Origin: Oscillospiraceae bacterium
Lineage (GTDB): Bacteria; Bacillota; Clostridia; Oscillospirales; Acutalibacteraceae
Assembly (NCBI GenBank): GCA_029012165.1
Contig: JAQXLO010000065.1
Location: 1 to 58,351 of the forward strand
Length of the DNA stretch: 58,351 bases
Direction of reading: 5' to 3'
Part shown: positions 8,476-16,974 of the stretch, one piece after another
Position numbering within the stretch: position 1 is the first letter of the stretch
Layout of the letters: the number at the start of each line of letters is the position of its first letter
Program-made: the position numbers and the translations under genes
The notes under the pieces: generated by a model
What the model saw: the letters and a program-made list of their open reading frames with translations, nothing else
The model's database searches: none
Told to the model about the DNA's origin: nothing

Positions 8476-8769
8476 TTACAAAAAAGAGGAGGATAGAATT
8501 TTCTTTATCGAATTTAAGATTGCGGCAATATTTCCCACCGGGTACGGCAGGCAGCAGAACCACTCCCGAAACGCCGGCAGATGCAGCTTGTCCGACAGAC
8601 GGGTGAGCGTCTGCTGCACAGGCGTGTCCGTCTGCACGGAAGCCTCCACCCCCGACGCCATGTATTCCGTCCGCCGGGCAACGATGGTCGTCCCCGCCGC
8701 CAACAGGGTCAGGCAAAGACAGATCGTTTGAATCAAAAAAAATGCTCGAAGTAATTTACGGGTCTGCAT
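8476..8769 (-). CDS. Hypothetical small membrane protein downstream of spoIIP
   Basis: ATG 8769 lies 6 nt after AGGAGG, which sits inside the spoIIP 3' end. The product starts MQTRKLLRAFFLIQTICLCLTLLAAGTTIVA (one TM). Third-position GC is high through most of the ORF. No family recognised. Confidence 0.45.
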   Translation of the reverse strand: MQTRKLLRAFFLIQTICLCLTLLAAGTTIVARRTEYMASGVEASVQTDTPVQQTLTRLSDKLHLPAFREWFCCLPYPVGNIAAILNSIKKILSSSFL

Positions 8770-9865
8770 TCGACTCCTCCTGTACATACTGCTCCAGCAT
8801 TTGCGCCAGCGCATGACCGAACAGCCGCCCGGAATAGACGGCTTCCTGCAATGTGTTCGCCTCGCTCCCGAACTCCACCAGCAGGGAACAGGGCGTCAAA
8901 TCCATATTGTACTTCCGATAGCAGAAAAAAATGGGGCGCATCAGCGTGGGCGCAGACGCTTCACACGCATCCTGCAAACGCAGTGCAAAGCGGAAATTCC
9001 GCTCCCAAGTGCTGAACTCCTGCGCACTGCCGGTGCCGCCCTGTGTCCCGGCGATGAGCATGATCTGTGCCGCCTTTTTGCCGTGCACCGTCGTGACGGG
9101 CTTTACCTTGGTGCCGTTGTTCTCCTGAATCGCATCCCGGTGCACATCCAAAACCACGGACAGCTGCGGGTACTGCTTCAGATATTTTTCCACCGTTGCA
9201 CGGGAGCGATCGTAGGCGCCGCTGTATTTCCTGTCGTGCACCGTCTTGTCATGGATCACCTGAAAGCCCGCCGCCTCCAGTTCCTGCGCAATCGCCGTGC
9301 CCACCCGGGCGACATTGCGGTCGGTGTCCTCTGTGCGTGTGGTCACGTCCGCCGCATACCAATCCCTGTCCAGCGTCTCATAGCCTTCGGTGGTATGGGT
9401 ATGGTAGATCAGCACCGCCGGCTTCGATTTGTCCACGGTCAAATCGGGGCCTGTTTCCCACGCTTCGTCATAGTCCGGCTCCACGTCCTCGGTCATGTTG
9501 CGGATAAACAGATTGCGAAACTTTTCCGTGGCGTAGGTGCCGTCATAGGTCGTTTCCCGGATGTCGCCGTCCTTTTTCTGACGGCTCTGCTCTTCCTTTG
9601 CCTGTTCGATCCATGCCAGTATATCTGCCGGCGTCTGCGTCAGACCGCCCGACAGGACGGGAGCCGCCTGCGCAGGTGCCGATACGGCGGACGCCTGAAA
9701 ATACTGCCGTACCTGCATCATCCCGCCCTCCGGCAAGGCGGCACACGCCGCCAAAAACGCCAGCCGCTGCGTCATGCTCTGGGGCAGGACGAACACGCAC
9801 CCCAAAAGCAATACCGTCAAAAAAGTCATCAGCGGTTCGGACAGATCGGACAGTTTCTTTTTCAA
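8756..9865 (-). CDS. spoIIP: Stage II sporulation protein P (engulfment amidase family)
   Basis: N-terminal TM, then KPAVLIYHTHTTEGYE ... SVVLDVHRDA ... IMLIAGTQGG, the SpoIIP pattern. It follows gpr, as in many Firmicutes. The start is TTG 9865 and is uncertain. Confidence 0.85.
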   Translation of the reverse strand: MKKKLSDLSEPLMTFLTVLLLGCVFVLPQSMTQRLAFLAACAALPEGGMMQVRQYFQASAVSAPAQAAPVLSGGLTQTPADILAWIEQAKEEQSRQKKDGDIRETTYDGTYATEKFRNLFIRNMTEDVEPDYDEAWETGPDLTVDKSKPAVLIYHTHTTEGYETLDRDWYAADVTTRTEDTDRNVARVGTAIAQELEAAGFQVIHDKTVHDRKYSGAYDRSRATVEKYLKQYPQLSVVLDVHRDAIQENNGTKVKPVTTVHGKKAAQIMLIAGTQGGTGSAQEFSTWERNFRFALRLQDACEASAPTLMRPIFFCYRKYNMDLTPCSLLVEFGSEANTLQEAVYSGRLFGHALAQMLEQYVQEESNADP

Positions 9866-9926
9866 AACCGGTCACCACACTTTTTTATACTATTATATAT
9901 ACTATGCTATGCGGTGACGGCGGCAG

Positions 9927-10790
9927 TTATGAGACCAGCATCAGAATCTCCTCGCAGGACAAATGCGGCTGCAGTGCCTTGTTGACCGCCAAAGCCAGCA
10001 GCCGTGCGGCACGCTCGATCACCAGATCGATCTCCCGGGGCGTGATCATCATATCCGCCCCCTCCCGCAAAAGGGCGCCGTTCTCCTCCTGCGTCAGGTC
10101 GTGCACCAGCGTGGCGGCATCCACCACCGTCGGCACACCCACGGCAATCACCGGCACGCCGAGGCTTTCCCGGGTAAGCGCCTTGCGGGCATTGCCTACG
10201 CCGGAGCCGGGGGTCACGCCCGTATCCGCCATCTGAATGGTGCATCCCAAACGGGACAGGCGTCTTGCCGCCAACGCATCCACGGTAAGCACGGCGGACG
10301 GCTTCGCCATCTCCACGGCGCCCCGCAGCAGTTCCCCGGTCTCCATCCCCGTTTTGCCCAGAACGCCGGGAATCAGATTGACCACCGGCCGCAGATCCCC
10401 CAGACCGGTGGAATGCGCCAGTTCCTGCTCGATATGCCGTGTAGCAAACACCAAAGCCGAAAACTTCGGCCCCAATGCGTCCGGCGTGATATCCCCGTTG
10501 CCCAGTCCCGCCACCAAAATCGTCCCCTGCTCGGGCAAAAGCGTGCGAAGCTCAGATGCAATGTCCTCCACGAGCGGGTCGGTGATTTCCGCATTGCGCC
10601 GAAAGGGCGGTACCTCCACCGTGATGTACCGTCCCACCGGCTTTCCCAGCGCACGGGCGCCCGTTTCGTCCTGCACGCAGATACGTGTGATGCGCATCCC
10701 CGGCTTCTCCTGCACCATGCAGGTCACGCCTTGGGGCGTTTGCTCCATACTTTCCTGCATCTCCAGCGCCAAGTCTGTCCTGTAATCCAT
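9927..10790 (-). CDS. gpr: Germination protease (GPR endopeptidase)
   Basis: MDYRTDLALEMQE...ITRICVQDETGARALGKPVGRYITVEVP...ILVAGLGNGDITPDALGP...IAVGVPTVVDA, a typical GPR. It is divergent from rpsT, the conserved arrangement. Confidence 0.9.
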   Translation of the reverse strand: MDYRTDLALEMQESMEQTPQGVTCMVQEKPGMRITRICVQDETGARALGKPVGRYITVEVPPFRRNAEITDPLVEDIASELRTLLPEQGTILVAGLGNGDITPDALGPKFSALVFATRHIEQELAHSTGLGDLRPVVNLIPGVLGKTGMETGELLRGAVEMAKPSAVLTVDALAARRLSRLGCTIQMADTGVTPGSGVGNARKALTRESLGVPVIAVGVPTVVDAATLVHDLTQEENGALLREGADMMITPREIDLVIERAARLLALAVNKALQPHLSCEEILMLVS

Positions 10791-10841
10791 GGTTTTTTCC
10801 TTTCTGCGTCATAAAAAAACAATATTCTTGCAAAAATAGTC

Positions 10842-10870
10842 TTGCATTTTTATTCGGAATATGGTACACT
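10842..10870 (+). promoter_or_regulatory. sigma-A-type promoter for rpsT
   Basis: TTGCAT (10842-10847), a 17-nt spacer, then TACACT (10865-10870). Confidence 0.55.
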
Positions 10871-10887
10871 AACTAAACGTAATAGTA

Positions 10888-11011
10888 GGCGATTGCGAAA
10901 GTTCGGTATGGATTCCCCCCATCCTGCGCATCCGCTGACTTACACATCATTCTCGGTATACGGCGTTTGGCGACAACAGTTCCCCTTCTCCCCCGGGCTT
11001 TCGCAATCGCC
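10888..11011 (+). promoter_or_regulatory. Structured rpsT 5' leader (long-range 14-bp stem)
   Basis: GGCGATTGCGAAAG (10888-10901) is the perfect complement of CTTTCGCAATCGCC (10998-11011). The stem encloses about 96 nt and ends about 20 nt before the GGAGG RBS. Confidence 0.5.
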
Positions 11012-11042
11012 GACCCGTACCAACACAAAGGAGGTGCCACCA

Positions 11043-11297
11043 ATGCCCAACATTAAGTCCGCAAAAAAGCGTGTCCTCGTCAGCAAGACCAGAGCTGCCC
11101 GCAACAAGTCCGCAAACTCTGCGCTCAAAACCGCCATTAAAAAGGCACACGTCGCTGCCGAGACCAACGCCGCCGACAAGGAAGCCGTTGTTCGTGCTGC
11201 CATCAAAAAGGTTGACCAGGCACAGGCCAAGGGTCTTTTGCACAAAAACAACGCCGACCGCAAAAAGTCTGCGCTTGCCAAGCTTCTCAATGCGTAA
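11043..11297 (+). CDS. rpsT: 30S ribosomal protein S20
   Basis: MPNIKSAKKRVLVSKTRAARNKSANSALKTAIKK..., 84 aa. RBS AAGGAGG. The track ORF start at 10842 is an artefact. Confidence 0.95.
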   Translation: MPNIKSAKKRVLVSKTRAARNKSANSALKTAIKKAHVAAETNAADKEAVVRAAIKKVDQAQAKGLLHKNNADRKKSALAKLLNA

Positions 11298-11330
11298 GTT
11301 ATCCCTATTATTTTTTTGGAGGATAAGATT

Positions 11331-11531
11331 ATGTGCAAATTTTTTAAGAAGTTATTCAAGTTCCTCGCAGTCGTCGCCGCTATCGCCGGCGCCGTCGCTG
11401 GTGTGTACTACGCCGTGAAAAAGTTCAAGGACAAGAAGGAAGCCAGCGAAGAGGATTTCGTTCCCTGTGAGTGCTGCGACTGCGACGCTTGCTGCGAAAC
11501 AGAAGAAACGCCCGCAGAGAGCGCCGAATAA
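11331..11531 (+). CDS. Small membrane protein with acidic Cys-rich tail
   Basis: ATG 11331 follows GGAGGA. Product: MCKFFKKLFKFLAVVAAIAGAVAGVYYAVKKFKDKK... then VPCECCDCDACCETEE. It is followed by a strong terminator. Confidence 0.6.
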   Translation: MCKFFKKLFKFLAVVAAIAGAVAGVYYAVKKFKDKKEASEEDFVPCECCDCDACCETEETPAESAE

Positions 11532-11545
11532 TTCCTGCACCGTTC

Positions 11546-11582
11546 GGAACCGTTTCGATCATCGAGACGGTTCCTTTTTTTG
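11546..11582. terminator. Bidirectional rho-independent terminator
   Basis: GGAACCGTTTCGATCATCGAGACGGTTCC followed by a T-run, lying between convergent genes (stops at 11531 and 11595). Confidence 0.8.
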
Positions 11583-11594
11583 TTCCCTGCGAAA

Positions 11595-11960
11595 CTATTT
11601 CGCCCGTGGCTTCGTGACAAAGGACACCAGCAGCCCGCACAGCACCGCTGCCGTCACGCCCCCTGCGCCCGCCGTCAGTGCCCCGGTCAAAACGCCTGCC
11701 AAGCCGTCCGTGGCGATGGCCTCTTTCGTGCCCTTCACAAGGTTGTAGCCGAAGCCCGTCAGCGGCACCGTCGCACCGGCGCCCGCCCAGTTCACCAGCG
11801 GCTCATACACGCCTACGGCGCCGAGGAATACTCCCGCCACCACGAAGCCCACCAAAATTCGTCCCGGCGTCAGTTTGGTTAAATCCATGAGAACCTGACC
11901 CACCACGCAGATCAGCCCGCCGACAAAAAACGCTTTCAACAGATCCATGACGATCTCCAT
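11595..11960 (-). CDS. SpoVAC/SpoVAEB-family stage V sporulation protein
   Basis: MEIVMDLLKAFFVGGLICVVGQVLMDLTKLTPGRILVGFVVAGVFLGAVGVYEPLVNWAGAGATVPLTGFGYNLVKG matches the SpoVAEB/SpoVAC pattern as I recall it. The start is chosen at ATG 11960, 7 nt after GGGCGG; 11966 is also possible. Confidence 0.8.
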   Translation of the reverse strand: MEIVMDLLKAFFVGGLICVVGQVLMDLTKLTPGRILVGFVVAGVFLGAVGVYEPLVNWAGAGATVPLTGFGYNLVKGTKEAIATDGLAGVLTGALTAGAGGVTAAVLCGLLVSFVTKPRAK

Positions 11961-12323
11961 ATGCATCCGCCCTTTCTTTTTTCGTAGTGTATACAGAAAA
12001 GGCGGATTTATCCTCCCGAAAACAGCAAAACACCCGTGGAGTGCGGCCACGGGTGTTTGCTTCTTGCAAGGGTGTAAAAAAGAGGAGAAAAATGATGAAG
12101 TGCTTTCTTTCTGAAAGCATCTATAGTATAACCGTTAAATGTGAAAATAGTGTTAAGAAACATTACATTTCTCATGACATTTTTGAAAACTTTATGGAAA
12201 CAAACAGGAAAATGTGTCCGTCCAAAAATTTCTCTTGTATTTTCCCCCTGATTCTGTCATAATGATTATGGAGATTTGGCGTACCGAATCTATATATTAG
12301 TATAACGAAAGGCAGGTTTTTCC

Positions 12324-13724
12324 ATGAAAGGCAACTGCGCCGTGATCCTTGCCGCCGGCGAAGGCACAAGAATGAAGTCGAAAAAGCCGAAGGTACTCGC
12401 CGAGGTGCTGTACACGCCCATGATCGACTGGGTGATCGACAGCGCAAAGGCCTGCGCTTTGGAAGAAAAGGATATCTGCGTCGTGACCGGCCACGGCAAA
12501 GAACTGCTTTGCGCCCATCTGCCGCAGGGGATCGCAACTGTGGAACAGACACAGCGTCTGGGCACGGGACACGCCGTGCTGCAAGCCAAGGAATTTATTC
12601 AAAAACACGGCAGCGGCAATGTGCTTGTGCTGAACGGGGATGCGCCGCTGATGGACGAGGAGACTGTTTCCTGCGCTTTGGAGTACCACACCCGCTGCAA
12701 CGCCGCCGTCACCGTGATCTCCGCCGCCGTGGAGGATCCCACCGGGTACGGACGCATCGTGCGGGACGCCCGGGGTGATTTCGCCGCCATTGTGGAGGAG
12801 CGGGACGCAACGGACGAACAGCGTGCCATCTGCGAGGTCAACTCCGGTGCCTACTGGTTTGACTGTCAGGCGCTGCTTGTCGCATTGGATCGACTGCAAA
12901 GCAACGCCGCCTGCCGCCGAAACAGTGCCGGGGAATGCTACCTCACCGACGCCGTATCGATTTTGCGCAGTATGCGGCAAAAGGTGATGACCTTTACGGC
13001 GCAAAGTGCCGATGTGGTGCGTGGCGCCAACGACCGCATACAGCTCGCCGCCCTCAATGAAATTGCCCGGATGCGCATCATCAACCACCACCGCAAAAAC
13101 GGCGTGTCCATCCCCTTTGCGGACGGCATCGTCATTGCACCCGGGGTACAGATCGGTCGGGATGCGGAAATTCTGCGGGGCACGACCCTGAAAGGCAGCA
13201 CCGTCATCGCCGAGGATGCGCTCATCGGTCCCGACACCACGCTGGACAGCTGCACCGTCGGCGAGGGTGCGGTCCTGCTGAGCGTTTACGGTGAAAACGC
13301 CACGATCGGCGCAGGCACCCGGATGGGTCCCTTTACCCATCTTCGTCCCGGCACGGTGGTGGGCAAGGATGTGCGGGTCGGCAACTTTGTGGAAATCAAA
13401 AATTCCAACATTGGCGACGAAGCCAAGGTGTCCCACCTGTCCTACATCGGTGACACGGACATGGGACCGCAGGTCAACGTGGGCTGCGGCTGTGCCACGG
13501 CCAACTTCACGGGCAAGGAGAAGTTCCGCACCACCATCGGCGAACACGCCTTTATCGGCTGTGACACCACCCTTGTGGCGCCGGTAACGGTGGGCGATCG
13601 TGCCTACACCGCCTCCGGCTCCGTCATCACCGAGGATGTCCCCGACGATGCGCTGGCGCTCGGTCGTGCCCGTCAGGTCATTAAAAGAGACTGGGTCAAA
13701 ATCAAAAAGCCCTACAGAGAGTAA
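12324..13724 (+). CDS. glmU: Bifunctional UDP-GlcNAc pyrophosphorylase / GlcN-1-P N-acetyltransferase
   Basis: AVILAAGEGTRMKSKKPKVL at the N-terminus, left-handed beta-helix hexapeptide repeats at the C-terminus, 466 aa. Confidence 0.93.
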   Translation: MKGNCAVILAAGEGTRMKSKKPKVLAEVLYTPMIDWVIDSAKACALEEKDICVVTGHGKELLCAHLPQGIATVEQTQRLGTGHAVLQAKEFIQKHGSGNVLVLNGDAPLMDEETVSCALEYHTRCNAAVTVISAAVEDPTGYGRIVRDARGDFAAIVEERDATDEQRAICEVNSGAYWFDCQALLVALDRLQSNAACRRNSAGECYLTDAVSILRSMRQKVMTFTAQSADVVRGANDRIQLAALNEIARMRIINHHRKNGVSIPFADGIVIAPGVQIGRDAEILRGTTLKGSTVIAEDALIGPDTTLDSCTVGEGAVLLSVYGENATIGAGTRMGPFTHLRPGTVVGKDVRVGNFVEIKNSNIGDEAKVSHLSYIGDTDMGPQVNVGCGCATANFTGKEKFRTTIGEHAFIGCDTTLVAPVTVGDRAYTASGSVITEDVPDDALALGRARQVIKRDWVKIKKPYRE

Positions 13725-13733
13725 GGATGGTCT

Positions 13734-14315
13734 ATGTTGAAAAAAACGGTTTGTAAAATCACCGCCCTTGTTCTGCTCGCCGCACTGCTGTTTTCCTTCG
13801 CCGGCTGCGGGGGCAGCGGTGTGCGTGTGCGCTCGGTCACGGTCGTGAACAGCGACTTTTTTGAGCAGATTTACGACGCATGGCATTTCGGCGATCAGCC
13901 GCTGCAGCAGGGAGACAAGCTTTACAGCATCGCCTGCGCCTTCAGCGGTACATATGAAGCATTTGAAAAAACATTTCTCTACAAATACGACTCCTACCTG
14001 GGCATGGAGTGTCAGCTGGAGGTGACCAATAAAACAAAGGACGTCATTACCGCCACCGGCATCCGAGTCACCGACAACGGCTTTGAGGGCACCTATATCA
14101 GCAGCCGTCTCGGCGTCTGTGAGGATGTACAGATTCCCGCCGGGGAAACGGTGCTCGTTTCCTTCCTGTTTTTGGGCAACGGCAGCATCTATACCAACGA
14201 GGAATTCATCAACAAGGTGTTCCCCCAGATGCCCATGGAGCTTGTGTATACCGATGCGTCCGGTGCACAGCTGACGGCACCCATCCAATTCAAATCTGTC
14301 AAAGCGGTGTCATAA
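13734..14315 (+). CDS. Lipoprotein, paralog family member 1
   Basis: Lipobox LLFSFAGC. The C-terminal domain shares NKTKDV...G.RV.DNG..GTYIS...IPAGETV...EEF..KV...M.L.Y.DA with the next three genes. Confidence 0.75.
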   Translation: MLKKTVCKITALVLLAALLFSFAGCGGSGVRVRSVTVVNSDFFEQIYDAWHFGDQPLQQGDKLYSIACAFSGTYEAFEKTFLYKYDSYLGMECQLEVTNKTKDVITATGIRVTDNGFEGTYISSRLGVCEDVQIPAGETVLVSFLFLGNGSIYTNEEFINKVFPQMPMELVYTDASGAQLTAPIQFKSVKAVS

Positions 14316-14882
14316 ATGATGAAAAAAATATTCAAAATCGGATTTTGTGCGCTTTTGATTTTTGCGCTTGTGTACGCCGTGCTCGGGCTGCACTTCGGCA
14401 GCAATCGTTTGCAGGCACAGTTTGTGCAGGTAAAAAACTCCGACTGCGTGGAGAAAATGACCCTTGACTGGGAGAAGTATGCCTACATGGCGGACGGGTT
14501 CCCCTTTACCCGGGAGGAATTTTACAAGGAAGCCATCGAGCCCTACGATGTCTATTACGGTCAGCGCATACAGGTAACGGCTGTCAACAAAAACAAGTTC
14601 GACATCCGCATTCTCGCACTGGAGATCCTTTCCGGCAACGGCAGCGGCACCATCTATGTGAGCTGTCTGCCCGAACGGGTGGTCACGATTCCCGCCGGCA
14701 CCAAGGAGCCGCAGTCCGTTTGGTTTCCTGTGATCTCCAGCGGCCCCGCCAACGAGGAAGTACTGGAAAAAGTGCGCAACAATATGCAAATCAAAATCAT
14801 TTACGTGGACGCCGCCTGCGATGCGCAAACCCTTGCGGACGCAGACGAAGCGCTCCTGCACAAAGAATGGATACGAAAGTAG
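14316..14882 (+). CDS. Membrane-anchored paralog family member 2
   Basis: N-terminal signal anchor MMKKIFKIGFCALLIFALVYAVLG, then VNKNKFDIRILALEILSGNGSGTIYVS...IPAGTKEP...EEVLEKVRNNMQIKIIYVDA. Its start abuts the preceding stop. Confidence 0.75.
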   Translation: MMKKIFKIGFCALLIFALVYAVLGLHFGSNRLQAQFVQVKNSDCVEKMTLDWEKYAYMADGFPFTREEFYKEAIEPYDVYYGQRIQVTAVNKNKFDIRILALEILSGNGSGTIYVSCLPERVVTIPAGTKEPQSVWFPVISSGPANEEVLEKVRNNMQIKIIYVDAACDAQTLADADEALLHKEWIRK

Positions 14883-14891
14883 GAGGTACCT

Positions 14892-15449
14892 ATGCGTAAA
14901 ATATTGACTTTCGCCCTCGTCCTCTGCCTCATTTTTTCCCTGTCCGCCTGCGGCGGCACCGAGGACACGCTCCATGCGAAATTCAACGCCCTGTATCTGA
15001 CGGATTTCCCGCAGGAGTACATGGACAGCCCTGCGGATTTTGCCGAGCAGATCGGCGGATTCGGTCTGGAGGACTTTGCCTCGACCTTTGCCGACCCCGC
15101 CGCTTTCCGCTGTTACAATGCGGAGCTTGCCGTCTCCAACAGCAACGCTTTCGCCGTCAATATGCTGGGGGTGGCGATGGACAGCAAAAACAACGGCAAA
15201 AACGGCGTCTATTTCTGCACCTACGACGGCGGCGTGACCATCGGTATGCCCGCCAATTTTGACGGGGCGCAGACCGTCTTCTATACGGTGATCGCAGAGA
15301 AATCCCTCTCCATGGAGGAGGTTTTGCAGGAACTGGGCAAAATGGATATCCGCTGTCTGTACGTGGATGCCGATACGGGCATCGAGTCGCTGAGCGAAGT
15401 GACAGAAAAGGATCCGCTGAAAGAAAGCCCCATTACCTATTCCAAATAA
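14892..15449 (+). CDS. Lipoprotein, paralog family member 3
   Basis: Lipobox IFSLSAC, then SNSNAFAVNMLGVAMDSKNNGKNGVYFCTYDGG...MPANFDGAQ...MEEVLQELGKMDIRCLYVDA. Confidence 0.75.
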   Translation: MRKILTFALVLCLIFSLSACGGTEDTLHAKFNALYLTDFPQEYMDSPADFAEQIGGFGLEDFASTFADPAAFRCYNAELAVSNSNAFAVNMLGVAMDSKNNGKNGVYFCTYDGGVTIGMPANFDGAQTVFYTVIAEKSLSMEEVLQELGKMDIRCLYVDADTGIESLSEVTEKDPLKESPITYSK

Positions 15450-15461
15450 ACGGAGGCATCT

Positions 15462-16364
15462 ATGAAACGTTTTTACAAAGTACTGCTCCCGGCGCTGCTG
15501 CTGGCGCTGGCGCTGGGCGGCTGTAAGAGCCGGGATGCGGCGACAACGACAGACGGTTCTGCCTACAGCGAATCGTCCCGGACCGTCCTGACCACACAGG
15601 CAGAATCACTGCACGAAGATACGGCAGAAACATCCACACCCGGTGCAAGCACAGAAAAAGCGGATGTGACCGGAAAGCCTGCTGCGACAACAACCAAACC
15701 CGCTGCGAGCACCGCCAAACCCGGTGCGGCAACCACCAAGCCCGGTGAGACAACCGCCAAACCCGGTGCGGCGTCTACCAAACCCGGCACAACAACGACC
15801 AAACCTGCCACGACCACCAAACCCGCCACAACCACCAAGCCCGCCACGACCACCACCAAGCCCGGTGCGCCTGCCGTCAATCCCGCCACAAAACCGGCGG
15901 AAACTACGGCGGCTCCCGTGGCGAAGGGCGATCGGATCGCCGGCAGGATCACCTACCTGAACGAAGCGAACGACTACGCCGCCAAGCTGACGGCGGAAAA
16001 GCTGAAATATTTCGGGATGCCTGCGGACAAGCAGAAGGATGTTTTGGCGCACCCGGAAAAGTATGCGTTCTATTCCTTAGACATCGCACTGGAAAACAAG
16101 GAATCCGTCCCGGTCACGCTGTACTATCTGGACGTGGGCGGCAACGGCACCGGGGGCATCTACATCAACGGTGACACCTCCGGCGACATCGGTCTGCCTG
16201 TGGGCGGTTCGATCACCAACCGTTTCTTCGTCATTGCCCCGGCGGAGGATGCGGACGGCTCCGTCCTGTCCAAGGTTCGGGGGATGAATCTGCGCATAAA
16301 ATATGCCGCCACACTGGAGGACGACAGCGCCCCCGTGCAATATGTTTATTCCAAAATCGGTTAA
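15462..16364 (+). CDS. Lipoprotein, paralog family member 4, with Thr/Pro/Lys-rich linker
   Basis: Lipobox LALGGC, then a long (T/A)TTKP(G/A) low-complexity linker, then ENKESVPVTLYYLDVGGNGTGGIYINGD...LPVGGS...SVLSKVRGMNLRIKYAA. Confidence 0.75.
   Translation: MKRFYKVLLPALLLALALGGCKSRDAATTTDGSAYSESSRTVLTTQAESLHEDTAETSTPGASTEKADVTGKPAATTTKPAASTAKPGAATTKPGETTAKPGAASTKPGTTTTKPATTTKPATTTKPATTTTKPGAPAVNPATKPAETTAAPVAKGDRIAGRITYLNEANDYAAKLTAEKLKYFGMPADKQKDVLAHPEKYAFYSLDIALENKESVPVTLYYLDVGGNGTGGIYINGDTSGDIGLPVGGSITNRFFVIAPAEDADGSVLSKVRGMNLRIKYAATLEDDSAPVQYVYSKIG
15675..15875 (+). repeat. In-frame degenerate tandem repeat (ACCACCAAGCCCGSN units) encoding a TTKPA/TTKPG linker
   Basis: Visible 12-15-nt periodicity in the DNA, and TTKPAT/TAKPGA repeats in the protein. 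Confidence 0.8.
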
Positions 16365-16374
16365 GAGGGTTAGG

Positions 16375-16974
16375 ATGTTTATTAAAAAGGACAAGTTCGC
16401 CGTCGGCGCACCCGACTTTCTGATCGTCGGACTGGGCAACCCGGGCGAAAAATATGCGTTCACCCGCCACAACGCAGGCTTTCTGTGCCTTGATCTGCTG
16501 GCGGACAAGGAAAACGCCAAAATCAACAAAATCAAATTCAAGGGGGTTCTCGGGGAAGCCGCCATCGGCGGGCATCGCTGTATTCTCTTAAAGCCCCAGA
16601 CCTTTATGAACAACAGCGGCGAGTCGGTACGTGCCGCCGCCGATTTCTACAAAATCCCGCCGGAGCACGTGCTGGTGATCTTCGACGACATCTCCCTGCC
16701 CTGCGGCAAGCTGCGCATCCGCCGCAAAGGCAGTGCCGGCGGGCACAACGGCATCAAAAGCATCACCGCCCATCTCGGCAGTGATGCTTTTCCCCGGATC
16801 AAACTCGGCGTCGGCGAAAAGCCGGATCCCCGGTGGGATCTGGCGGACTGGGTGCTCTCCAACTTCCAAAAAGAGGAACTCACCGCCTTGCGTGAAGCTT
16901 CGGACAAGGCCTGCGATGCCGTGGAGAAGATCGTCTGCGGCGGCATCGAACAGGCCATGAGCTTGTATAACTGA
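16375..16974 (+). CDS. pth: Peptidyl-tRNA hydrolase
   Basis: FLIVGLGNPGEKYAFTRHNAGF...KPQTFMNNSGESV...DDISLPCGKLRIRRKGSAGGHNGIKS. ATG 16375 (MFIKKDK) lies behind AGAGGG. Confidence 0.93.
   Translation: MFIKKDKFAVGAPDFLIVGLGNPGEKYAFTRHNAGFLCLDLLADKENAKINKIKFKGVLGEAAIGGHRCILLKPQTFMNNSGESVRAAADFYKIPPEHVLVIFDDISLPCGKLRIRRKGSAGGHNGIKSITAHLGSDAFPRIKLGVGEKPDPRWDLADWVLSNFQKEELTALREASDKACDAVEKIVCGGIEQAMSLYN

Noticed and set aside
12092-12262. 56-codon AT-rich ORF with a GAGGAG RBS between the SpoVA-family gene and glmU
   Set aside because: Its codon usage is strongly AT-biased, unlike every confident gene here. It contains a hairpin right after the start and lies in a divergent promoter region, so it is more likely non-coding.
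12297-14288. 663-aa minus-strand ORF opposite glmU and the first lipoprotein gene
   Set aside because: It is antisense to an unmistakable glmU, has low-complexity G/A/V/H-rich translation, and has no RBS.
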